A DNA stretch of 64,000 nt from Thermoplasmata archaeon (lineage in GTDB: Archaea > Thermoplasmatota > Thermoplasmata > UBA10834): the NCBI GenBank assembly GCA_029864565.1, contig JAOTTD010000001.1:66232-130231 (forward strand), read 5' to 3'. Below the pieces are notes generated by a model, which was given only the letters and a program-made list of their open reading frames with translations, searched no databases and was not told the origin of the DNA. Shown piece after piece: positions 1-8,052 of the stretch. Position 1 is the first letter of the stretch, and each line of letters starts with the position of its first letter. Position numbers and translations under genes: made by a program.

Positions 1-1
1 T

Positions 2-1315
2 GCTACCCTTGGCCAGGAGGCCCAGGAAGATGGCTCCGGCCCATGGACCGTCTTCGTATATCTGGACGGAGACAACAACCTTGAAGGATATGCGATTGAC
101 GACCTTCTTGAGATGGAGCAGGTGGGGTCGAAGAACGGTGTGACAATCATCGTTCTGCTGGATACTCTGTCGCTGACGGAAGACACTCACTGGCTCGTAA
201 TCGAGGAAGACGTATCACACTATGATGTGGAGACAGGCGAGCTAGATTGTGACTGTGACTTGTTCCCTGAGCAATCCTGTCCTGAAGAAGTCGACATGGG
301 CGACGGTAACAAGCTTACGTGGGCTGTCGTGACCGCCTTCACGTACGCTCCTGCTGAGAACTACATGCTTGTCCTCTGGGACCACGGCGGTGGGTGGAGA
401 GGCGTGTGCTACGACGACAGCACCATACTTGACTGCGGCTGGGTATCCAGGCTGACCACACCTGAGACCGCTGCCTCCTTGGCGACGGCCCAGGTCGAAC
501 TCAAGAAGCTGGACGAGAATTACAAGCTCACGATCTTGGGCTACGACGCCTGCCTGAATTCGATGATCGAGGTCATCTACGAGAACAGGAACATCGCGGA
601 TTACATGTTCGCATCGATCAACCTCGTGCCCGGGCCGGGAATGGGCTACGCCGGGTTCCTGTCCGTGATGACGCAGTCACCGAGACCGACAGTCGAGGAG
701 GTCGGAAAAGCTGTCGTCGATTCGTATGTGGATTGTTATGAGAACCTGATTTCCGAGACGGGACAGGGCCTAGAGTACTTCGGGGACACGACCCTGTCTT
801 TCGTGCAGCTGGGAGAACGCGTCGGAGAGCTGGTGAATGACATCGATGCACTCGCCAGGGAACTCTTCAAAGGCGGATACTTGAATGACAGCAGGTTCAG
901 AGGAGCGATAGAGTCCGCGGAGTCACAGACCCCGAGGATACCGACGTACGAGGGTGAACACCTGCCATTCGTGGATCTCGGATTGTACGCAGACCTCCTG
1001 GGCCAAAAGATACCTGAGCTCAGCTCGCTGACCGACAAGATAGAGGAAGGTGTTGACGAGGTCGTCGTTTACGAGAGGCATGTCACATCCGCAGGCGGAG
1101 GAATACTGAGAACGACCGGCATATCGATCTACTTCACCTGTTCGTACTACTGGATCAACCCGGCGTACTGGTTCGAGGATATCGAGGATGCGGAACTCTA
1201 CGGTCTGAACACGGTGTATTACGGCATGGCGTTCACCGTTGACACCTTGTGGGACGAGATGGTCTTCACGTTCACCCAGGCCTACGACGAGAGCGTGCTG
1301 GACTTCGAGACATAA
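2..1315 (+). CDS. C11 (clostripain-like) cysteine peptidase, 5'-partial (continues upstream of window)
   Basis: The frame is open from position 2 and translates to ...WTVFVYLDGDNNLEGY..., the C11 N-terminal signature. A LVLWDHGGGW motif and a catalytic-Cys context GYDACLNS follow. It is paralogous to the ORF at 17189-18409. Confidence 0.75.
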   Translation, partial: ATLGQEAQEDGSGPWTVFVYLDGDNNLEGYAIDDLLEMEQVGSKNGVTIIVLLDTLSLTEDTHWLVIEEDVSHYDVETGELDCDCDLFPEQSCPEEVDMGDGNKLTWAVVTAFTYAPAENYMLVLWDHGGGWRGVCYDDSTILDCGWVSRLTTPETAASLATAQVELKKLDENYKLTILGYDACLNSMIEVIYENRNIADYMFASINLVPGPGMGYAGFLSVMTQSPRPTVEEVGKAVVDSYVDCYENLISETGQGLEYFGDTTLSFVQLGERVGELVNDIDALARELFKGGYLNDSRFRGAIESAESQTPRIPTYEGEHLPFVDLGLYADLLGQKIPELSSLTDKIEEGVDEVVVYERHVTSAGGGILRTTGISIYFTCSYYWINPAYWFEDIEDAELYGLNTVYYGMAFTVDTLWDEMVFTFTQAYDESVLDFET

Positions 1316-1767
1316 GCGACAGGAAACTGTGCGGCCCTCAGCCGCACAAACCATTTCCCGTCCCACAAGGCCATGGACGCGGAAAGGCGAGAGGATGCTG
1401 GATTGGTGCAGCTTCTGCTCGCAACCCGTTCAGTCAGGAATGAGATGCCGGTCCAGTTTGCATGTCGTACGACCTGAACATCAGGTTTCACCGTGAAAGG
1501 CGATGACGAGGCCTATACCCCGGTGCAGGAACCCCTTGATTGAGAAAGGGCCAGTTATCGGGTTCCAAAGCCTGCTCAAGGAGGCAAGAGGCTGTAGGAG
1601 CGAACTGAGGGGGATCGGATCCTCGTTGATATGCCCCTTCTGGGGCTGCACATCTGCTGTAGACCAGAGCTTACCCTGCCTATCGTAGATCATAGGATAT
1701 TTCTGCGCAGGCGGATTATCGTGCGCAAGGAGATCCTATTGCGGCTCCTAACGTGTCACCGACGAGG

Positions 1768-2865
1768 TCAACGCCCAGTCCATACAGGGGCTGTCCACGC
1801 AGTCACGCCCTCTTCTCCTGTAACATTCGACGCAGTGGTAACTCTGACATAGAAGTAGTGGGCGCTGTCCGATGTCAGCGTGGTTGTCCATTCGACTGTC
1901 GTGCTGTCGACGCTTTTGCTCGCCACAACCGCTCCGCCGTCAGATACTATCTCGACTAGCTTGATCGCGTCAGCTGCACCATCTGGGTCTGAAAGCTGAA
2001 CCGTAACTTCGTATGTGCTCGTGGGCGACAGAACAGATCCCATGACAGCTCCGTTGAGCGTGTAGTGGACCTGCAAATTCTTGTCCTGCGTCGCATAGCC
2101 CCTGTTGGCCCTCATGGCCTCGTACAGATTTTCGGGGCTCAAACTCGGAGCAAGTAGGACGGTTCTGACCTCTGAGCCCGAGATCCAATTAGCGCTGTGC
2201 GTGTCGGAGTTAGAGGAGGGCATTATGTGCCAGCCAGCGTCCAACGCCATGGTGTAGCTGCCCTCGTAGAATTCATCGTTGTACACCTCGATGATGTTCA
2301 TCCCTGTGTCTCTGTCCTCCGTGTGGTAACTGTAGTTCAGGAAGTCGTCGCTGACATAGAGCGGATGGTTATACTGGCCGATTGCACCCGGCTGCTGGGC
2401 GAGCCAGTCGTAGAACTCAGGGAGTCGGTCCAGTCGATTCAGTAGGGGTCCCGGAGGAAGCTCCCGCGTGTTGAACACGTTGATCTCCCCAAGGTCAGCG
2501 AGCAGCCAGGCCTCGTAGCCTGCCATCGCCACAAACTTCTTGGAGGTGTAGTAATCTGCCGCTGCCAGGAGGTCATTCCACTCTTCTTCAGTGGCTGTCC
2601 AGGCATAATAAGCGTTCCATATCGCTATGTGGTCTGTGATGGCCATGAAGTCCGCCTCTGCATCAATAGCCGCCTCGTAAGCTTCCCACGGGGTGCCTGT
2701 ACCATCAGAGTAGGATGTGTGCGCGTGTAGATCGCCGAAATACAGGTTGTAGACAGTCGTCTTCTCCGTGCCTCCTGCAGAACTTGCGTTCTGGCAGGAG
2801 AATGGCACGATCATAACTGCGACCGCCACGACGAATAGGGCGGCCTGAATTGCCCGGTTGTACAT
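1768..2865 (-). CDS. Secreted PHP-domain metal-dependent phosphoesterase
   Basis: There is an N-terminal hydrophobic signal (AALFVVAVAVMIVPFSC). YFGDLHAHTSYSDG and MAITDH motifs are typical of the PHP / histidinol-phosphatase fold. Confidence 0.65.
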   Translation of the reverse strand: MYNRAIQAALFVVAVAVMIVPFSCQNASSAGGTEKTTVYNLYFGDLHAHTSYSDGTGTPWEAYEAAIDAEADFMAITDHIAIWNAYYAWTATEEEWNDLLAAADYYTSKKFVAMAGYEAWLLADLGEINVFNTRELPPGPLLNRLDRLPEFYDWLAQQPGAIGQYNHPLYVSDDFLNYSYHTEDRDTGMNIIEVYNDEFYEGSYTMALDAGWHIMPSSNSDTHSANWISGSEVRTVLLAPSLSPENLYEAMRANRGYATQDKNLQVHYTLNGAVMGSVLSPTSTYEVTVQLSDPDGAADAIKLVEIVSDGGAVVASKSVDSTTVEWTTTLTSDSAHYFYVRVTTASNVTGEEGVTAWTAPVWTGR

Positions 2866-3216
2866 GTGGTTCCCCCCGTAGCCAAAAGACTACTGACTCC
2901 CCTCAAGGCGAAGGAGAGTAATATATGTTTATGTCCTCCAATTTGGCCGTTGCGTCCTTTTGAATGAGGTGAACGTGAGCAATTCTTCTGTTGGACAGCT
3001 GAGCAGATGCCGACATGCACCGAAGGAAGATTCAGAAAGAGCCCTTCTCGGCACTGAATTCGCCAATCTCATTTCCATCCAGTGTCTCGGACTTAGATCC
3101 CGGCATCGCTCAGGCAGGGGCCGTGGACAAATTTTCAAACTTGTACCACAAACGCCTTATTTGTTCATGCAATGGCCTCAGCAGGACGCGCAGGACGAAT
3201 CACGGAGGAGTAGAGC

Positions 3217-3654
3217 ATGAGAAGGAAGGCATCAGGAGTTATATTGTTTGCAGTTTTCGCCATGTTGGTGATGAGCGCACAGAGCGTGATGGCAGGGGCT
3301 GGATCATTCCAGACGCTAACGGCGTGCCTCAAGGAAAATCCTGGGGAGCCCTTGGGCACGGCAGTCTATTCGTCGTGGGAAAAAAACGGTAGGAGTACGC
3401 TGGAGATAACGGTCGCTGCTACAGGGGATTACGAAGGAACGTACTGCATCTACATCATCGATCTTGACGGCGAGAAGACGCTGTTGGAACCGACGCTCTT
3501 TGTCGATGACACGGGCGCAGGCTCGCTCATGCTGGACACCTGGTTGGAGGACGTAATCCCGCCTATCGCCTCGGAATGGAAAATATCCCTTAAAGAATGC
3601 GGTTACGGTCCCCCCGACGTTGACAGGATAGTGCTCTGCGGCAAGTTCATGTAG
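3217..3654 (+). CDS. Small secreted hypothetical protein (signal peptide)
   Basis: The N-terminus MRRKASGVILFAVFAMLVMSAQSVMAGAG is a signal peptide. A GGAGG sequence lies about 8 nt upstream. Acidic composition looks protein-like. Confidence 0.5.
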   Translation: MRRKASGVILFAVFAMLVMSAQSVMAGAGSFQTLTACLKENPGEPLGTAVYSSWEKNGRSTLEITVAATGDYEGTYCIYIIDLDGEKTLLEPTLFVDDTGAGSLMLDTWLEDVIPPIASEWKISLKECGYGPPDVDRIVLCGKFM

Positions 3655-3873
3655 GGCCGGCCGATAGAACGCGGACAGCGTTTGCATGACGGGGGATAGC
3701 CGCCTCGCTCAGTCTATGAAACCACTTATTCCTTTCTCATGTTTTCCTCAAGCCAGGGCTCGCGAAGGGCATAGACCTCACGTTTCAGAGAGAAGGCCTC
3801 CGCGATGAAGAAGCGCAAGGTCGCTTCATGGCAACATCCTTAGCGAGGGACAGGCATGTCGAGACTCTGAGGA

Positions 3874-4077
3874 ATGCCGATGAAGTGCAGGAGCTGCGGT
3901 TCGGAGAACCCCGAAGGGAAGAAGTTCTGTGGCGATTGTGGCAAGGATTTGGCGGAAGCTTCCGCCGGACGCGAGGAGGAGCCAGGAAGAAAATGTAGCG
4001 CCTGTGGCCGCTCTATAGACATGGAGACCAACGCCTGTCCGTACTGCGGACACTGGGTGAAACGATCCATGTTCTGA
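3874..4077 (+). CDS. Small zinc-ribbon protein (four CxxC pairs)
   Basis: The sequence is MKCRSCGSENPEGKKFCGDCG...CSACGRS...CPYCGHW, i.e. a double zinc-ribbon. A GAGG lies just upstream of the ATG. Confidence 0.5.
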   Translation: MPMKCRSCGSENPEGKKFCGDCGKDLAEASAGREEEPGRKCSACGRSIDMETNACPYCGHWVKRSMF

Positions 4078-4129
4078 CGATGACTTGACGTGAGGCAATT
4101 GGGCAGGATTGCGGCTCGCATATGCTGGC

Positions 4130-4161
4130 TGTACCAGTCTACGCATGTACCAGTCTACGCA
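4130..4161. repeat. Perfect 16-bp tandem duplication (tgtaccagtctacgca x2) spanning the tbp stop codon
   Basis: Direct reading gives ...ctgtaccagtctacgcatgtaccagtctacgcaagc.... Copy 2 contains the last Ala codon and TAG of tbp (complement cta at 4155-4157). Copy 1 lies in the 3' flank. Confidence 0.9.
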
Positions 4162-4703
4162 AGCAGACCAGCGGCCTTGAGCTCCTCTGTGATCTTGTCG
4201 ACAGCAGTCTCGGCATCTTCCGGTCTTCGGGCGCCAGTGCACACTAGCTTCCCGCTGCCGAACAGAAGCATGACCACTTTCGGCGATTCGAGGCGATAAA
4301 CGAGTCCAGGAAACTGCTCCGGTTCATACTCGACCTTCTCAAGGCCAAGGGTAATGGCTGTCGCGTTGAGATTGATCTTCGCTCCAAGGTTGCTTGTGGC
4401 GACGATGTTCTGAACCACAATCTCCGGCTCGTTCTTGACCACGACCCCGGCTGATTCTATCTGCTTGACCACCTTGCTGACGGCAATCTTGACCTGCTCG
4501 AGGCTCTTGGCACCCGTGCAGACCACTTTTCCGCTCCTGAAGAGCAGTGTCGCCGTCTTCGGTTCCTTCAGTCTGTAGACAAGACCAGGGAATTGCTCAG
4601 GTTCGTATTCCGCCCCGTCGAGCATAAGCGCTATCGCCCGAAGGTCTAGCTCCGCCCCGAGGGATGCCGAGGCTACAACGTTCTCTATCTTTATCACTGC
4701 CAT
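4155..4703 (-). CDS. tbp: TATA-box binding protein
   Basis: It has two direct TBP repeats (EPEQFPGLVYRLKEPKTATLLFRSGKVVCTGAKS and EPEQFPGLVYRLESPKVVMLLFGSGKLVCTGAR). The 182-aa length is typical for archaeal TBP. Confidence 0.95.
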   Translation of the reverse strand: MAVIKIENVVASASLGAELDLRAIALMLDGAEYEPEQFPGLVYRLKEPKTATLLFRSGKVVCTGAKSLEQVKIAVSKVVKQIESAGVVVKNEPEIVVQNIVATSNLGAKINLNATAITLGLEKVEYEPEQFPGLVYRLESPKVVMLLFGSGKLVCTGARRPEDAETAVDKITEELKAAGLLA

Positions 4704-4740
4704 CGTACCTACACCGGCCTGGGAGTACTTGAATAGGTGC

Positions 4741-4748
4741 TTTATAAA
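4741..4748 (-). promoter_or_regulatory. TATA box (tttataaa), about 38 nt upstream of the tbp start codon
   Basis: A palindromic TTTATAAA in GC-rich surroundings sits at the spacing expected for an archaeal promoter with a short leader. Confidence 0.5.
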
Positions 4749-4902
4749 CGTACCCCTAGTCAGCGATGCGGGTCATGCAAGTCGTTGAACCGAGTTCCGC
4801 TTGCTGCAATGACCCCTCTGGCTGTTAGAGAGCTATACGCCCCGGTTCAGCTACGACCCCTTTTGCCGCAAAGGAAATCTATTTCGTCAATCCTACGCCT
4901 CC

Positions 4903-5388
4903 TTGCTGAGCTGCATGGGAGAGTCTCAAGGAACTGACGACGTACCCCTGGACGGACGCCGCCTGCTGACCGAAGAGGAGAGGCAGAAGTTGATCTCCAC
5001 CATACATTCGATGGTATACTGGGTGGGCGTGCTAGTTCCGGAATACGAGATGCTCGAGGACCACAAAGTCGAGGTGAGAGAGGTGGTTTATCGGCTAGTT
5101 ACAAAGGAGCACTTGACCGACGAGGATAAGGCGAAGACAGATTCGCTCATAATCTCGTTGAAGCAGAGGGAACACGACCTCGAACACACACTCTCGCATG
5201 ACCCGATGACCGTACAGGCGGGAAAGGCGCTCATGGAGGAGATAAGTGGCCTCTTGAAGGCGATTGACGAACTGCGCATGGCAGAGTCCGAAGATGAAGC
5301 GGATATCGGCAAGACAGAGGCCATGTCGAGACTTGATGACGCCCGACGGTGGCACCGGTTCATCAAGGACATCAAACCGCCCAAGTGA
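4903..5388 (+). CDS. Hypothetical protein (acidic, coiled-coil-like)
   Basis: A 161-aa ORF with Asp/Glu/Lys-rich composition typical of real archaeal proteins. The antisense ORFs over it are Ser/Arg/Cys-rich. I did not recognise any motif. Confidence 0.45.
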   Translation: MLSCMGESQGTDDVPLDGRRLLTEEERQKLISTIHSMVYWVGVLVPEYEMLEDHKVEVREVVYRLVTKEHLTDEDKAKTDSLIISLKQREHDLEHTLSHDPMTVQAGKALMEEISGLLKAIDELRMAESEDEADIGKTEAMSRLDDARRWHRFIKDIKPPK

Positions 5389-5472
5389 ATTGATGAATAC
5401 GCCTTCGTTTCTGAGCGACAGTTCACTTCAGACCTGCGACTTGGTAGGATTCCGTGCTATCTGCGAACTTCA

Positions 5473-6468
5473 TCACGGATACAGGTATTCACCTGAAGGC
5501 AGCTGTTGAGTGATGCAGTGAACGTCCCCTCCGCCGACGCCGATGTACTCGCATCTGACACCGACGATCTCGCGCTCCGGGCACAGAGAGGCGAGGATTT
5601 CATGAGCGATATCGTCCTCCCGGATTCCATAGGTCGGGAAGACCACCGCACCGTTGGCGAAGTAGAGGTTGGCATAGGCGGGGGTCACGGAGACCTCATC
5701 AACCATGATTGGCTTCGGCTGAACCGTCCTAACCACCTCCAGAGAGCGTCCTTTCGAGTCGGTAGCGGATTCCAGTCGAGCCATATTCGCCTCGAGACGC
5801 CTGTAATTCGGGTCAGACTCGTCATTCGTATGGGCCGCCAGTACGACGTGGGGCATGACGAACCCGGCGACTCCGTCGACATGGCCATCGGTCATGTCAT
5901 CCTCAAGGCCGTTGGGAAGCCAAACCACCTTTCGAACGCCCAGGTAACTGGCGAGGGTTTGCTCGATCTCCTCCCGCGACATGCCAGGATTGCGATTTGC
6001 GTTGAGCAGGCACTGCTCGGTCGTCAGCAGAGTGCCGGCGCCGTCGACGCTTATGGCACCACCCTCAAGTATCATTGGCGCTTCGTAAAGTCGTGTCCCC
6101 ATCCGCTCAGCGATCAGAGCTGGCAGTTTCTCGTCACGTTCCCAAGGTCCCTTGTTGCCCCAGGCGTTAAACTTGAAATCGACGACTGCGAGATTGTGGT
6201 CGTCATTGCGGACGAAGATAGGCCCGTTGTCCCTCGCCCACGAATCATCGAGCGCAGCCTCGAAGATCCTCGCACCCGGGCCGAGCCTCTCACGAGCCTC
6301 ACCAGAGACAGTGGGATCCGAAATGACAGTCACTGGGTCGAAGCGGTCTATCGCACCGACGACGGCGGAATACGCCCTCTTCGCGTCCTCGAAGTGTCCC
6401 TGCCATGTCTCCTCTCTGCACGGCCATGATATGAAACATCCTGCGTGTGGTTCCCATTCCGCCGGCAT
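5473..6468 (-). CDS. aguA: Agmatine deiminase
   Basis: MPAEWEPHAGCFISWP at the N-terminus and ...GGGDVHCITQQ at the C-terminus (catalytic Cys) are hallmarks of the PF04371 agmatine deiminase family. Confidence 0.9.
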   Translation of the reverse strand: MPAEWEPHAGCFISWPCREETWQGHFEDAKRAYSAVVGAIDRFDPVTVISDPTVSGEARERLGPGARIFEAALDDSWARDNGPIFVRNDDHNLAVVDFKFNAWGNKGPWERDEKLPALIAERMGTRLYEAPMILEGGAISVDGAGTLLTTEQCLLNANRNPGMSREEIEQTLASYLGVRKVVWLPNGLEDDMTDGHVDGVAGFVMPHVVLAAHTNDESDPNYRRLEANMARLESATDSKGRSLEVVRTVQPKPIMVDEVSVTPAYANLYFANGAVVFPTYGIREDDIAHEILASLCPEREIVGVRCEYIGVGGGDVHCITQQLPSGEYLYP

Positions 6469-6532
6469 GGAGAATCCGTCCTCTGCGGGCGTCCGTTTGG
6501 TTCCCTTGTTGTCGTCTGTCGATTTCGAGCCA

Positions 6533-7414
6533 TCACCTCCTCTCGTTCGTCAGAGCTCCGTACGTTCGTGGCTGACGGGTGTCCAAGAAACCGAAGAATG
6601 AGCGGGCATCCCGAATTCGTGACAAATCCAGGTCCGCGAACACGATCTCAGGACTGGCGGTGGACGCGCGTCTGATCACCTCACCCCAAGGGTCGGCGAC
6701 GAAGCTGCCTCCGTAGAAGTCTATCCTCTCCTCTTGACCGACACGGTTAACCGCAGCGATGAAGACCCGGTTCATTATCGCCTGCGCCCTCATGACGAGC
6801 TCCCATTCGGGGCGAGAATCGAATCCCGGCTGGATCAGCTCTGAGCCTATCGCGCTGGGGTATATCAGGAGCTCAGCGCCTCCGAGGGCCAACGATCTCG
6901 ACACCTCGGGGAACCATTGGTCCCAGCATATGCCAAGGCCGACGTTGACATCGCCCAGCCTTGCGACGACGTAACCGAGATCGCCTGATTCGAAGTACAG
7001 GTCCTCCCTGTATCCCTCGGCATCAGGGATGTGTATCTTCCGATATGATGCCCTGACGGCCCCATCCTTGTCTATCAGGGCTAGTGAGTTGTAGCTTCTC
7101 TTTGCATCGACGGCCTCTGCATACGGCAGCGCGACCGCGACATCTGATGCCTTTGAGGCTTCCCTGAATTCAGCGAGGAGCATCTTATGGTCGGGCAAGC
7201 CGCCTTTTCGGTCCTCGATGTCTGCGAACTGCCCGACGTACCTGTTCGAGAACAGCTCGGGCAGCACGCAGAGGTCCACATCGTTCGCTGATGACGCGGC
7301 CAGGGCACCCTTCGCGGCGGCGATGTTCTCCTCGGAATCGGCGGAGCACCGCATCTGGACAAGGCATATTCTGAATGCCTCCTTCGCATCGCCTGACAAT
7401 AGGCTCGACCCCAT
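6533..7414 (-). CDS. aguB: N-carbamoylputrescine amidase (CN-hydrolase/nitrilase superfamily)
   Basis: It shows a CN-hydrolase fold (RICLVQM..., DLCVLPELF, GICWDQWFPE). It lies immediately downstream of aguA on the same strand. Confidence 0.8.
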   Translation of the reverse strand: MGSSLLSGDAKEAFRICLVQMRCSADSEENIAAAKGALAASSANDVDLCVLPELFSNRYVGQFADIEDRKGGLPDHKMLLAEFREASKASDVAVALPYAEAVDAKRSYNSLALIDKDGAVRASYRKIHIPDAEGYREDLYFESGDLGYVVARLGDVNVGLGICWDQWFPEVSRSLALGGAELLIYPSAIGSELIQPGFDSRPEWELVMRAQAIMNRVFIAAVNRVGQEERIDFYGGSFVADPWGEVIRRASTASPEIVFADLDLSRIRDARSFFGFLDTRQPRTYGALTNERR

Positions 7415-7502
7415 GCGTCATGTTCCAGGAGGCACAAATAAATGACTGCTAACACTGGTCGCTCTACTGCCCTCCAAAAGTGGAAACTCAAACGGGAATC
7501 TG

Positions 7503-7763
7503 GTGTCCGATTTCACTGGAGTGCTCGCATACCACAACGACTTCATAGATAACGCAGTGCACGCCTCCGACAATCGAGGGACCGAAAACTCATGGGACAA
7601 TGGATATCCTGACAGAGGGAACTACTGGTCCTCCTACGACGGCGTCGACGAGAAGAGTGGCGTCTACCAGGGCGAGCAAGGACCTGACGGCATTGGAGAC
7701 ACGCCATACACAATTGGAGTCTTTGACAGGTACTCACACATGGTGCCCATATTCGACTGGTAA
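7503..7763 (+). pseudogene. Isolated C-terminal fragment of a NosD / parallel beta-helix repeat protein
   Basis: The frame is open only from the stop at 7443 and starts with GTG. The sequence has beta-helix repeat signatures (NRGTENSWDNGYPDRGNYWSSYDG...DGIGDTPY). At 86 aa it is far shorter than any NosD-family protein. Confidence 0.4.
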
Positions 7764-8052
7764 TTCATGATATCTTGAAGCTGGGAGACGCAGAACGGCG
7801 GCCGATGTCACGCTGGGCGCCATCGCAAGAACGGGGTCTGCACCGTTAGTCAGTACCGCTCATTGCGCAAAGTTCGTATAGTGCGCAACTGTTCATTGGT
7901 TGGAGAGAGCGCTTTACATTTGTTCGATTGCAGGGGAGACAAAGAACCGCGCGGCCGAGCCCAAGATCCGTGCGTCTGCGAGGCTCGGCCGAAACACTCC
8001 CTTTGACGCAGACGACGCGCCCTCTTTCGACCAGGGGAGGAGGAAATTCGAG

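Noticed and set aside
5506-6429. 307-aa plus-strand ORF overlapping aguA
   Set aside because: It is antisense to a gene with unmistakable agmatine-deiminase motifs. Its product is Arg/Ser/Gly-rich with no motifs. This is a typical shadow ORF of GC-rich DNA.
7900-8052. N-terminal 51 codons of the ORF-track S8 protease model
   Set aside because: A GGAGGAGG RBS and an internal Met followed by a canonical signal peptide begin at 8053. The upstream part is probably 5' UTR, not coding.
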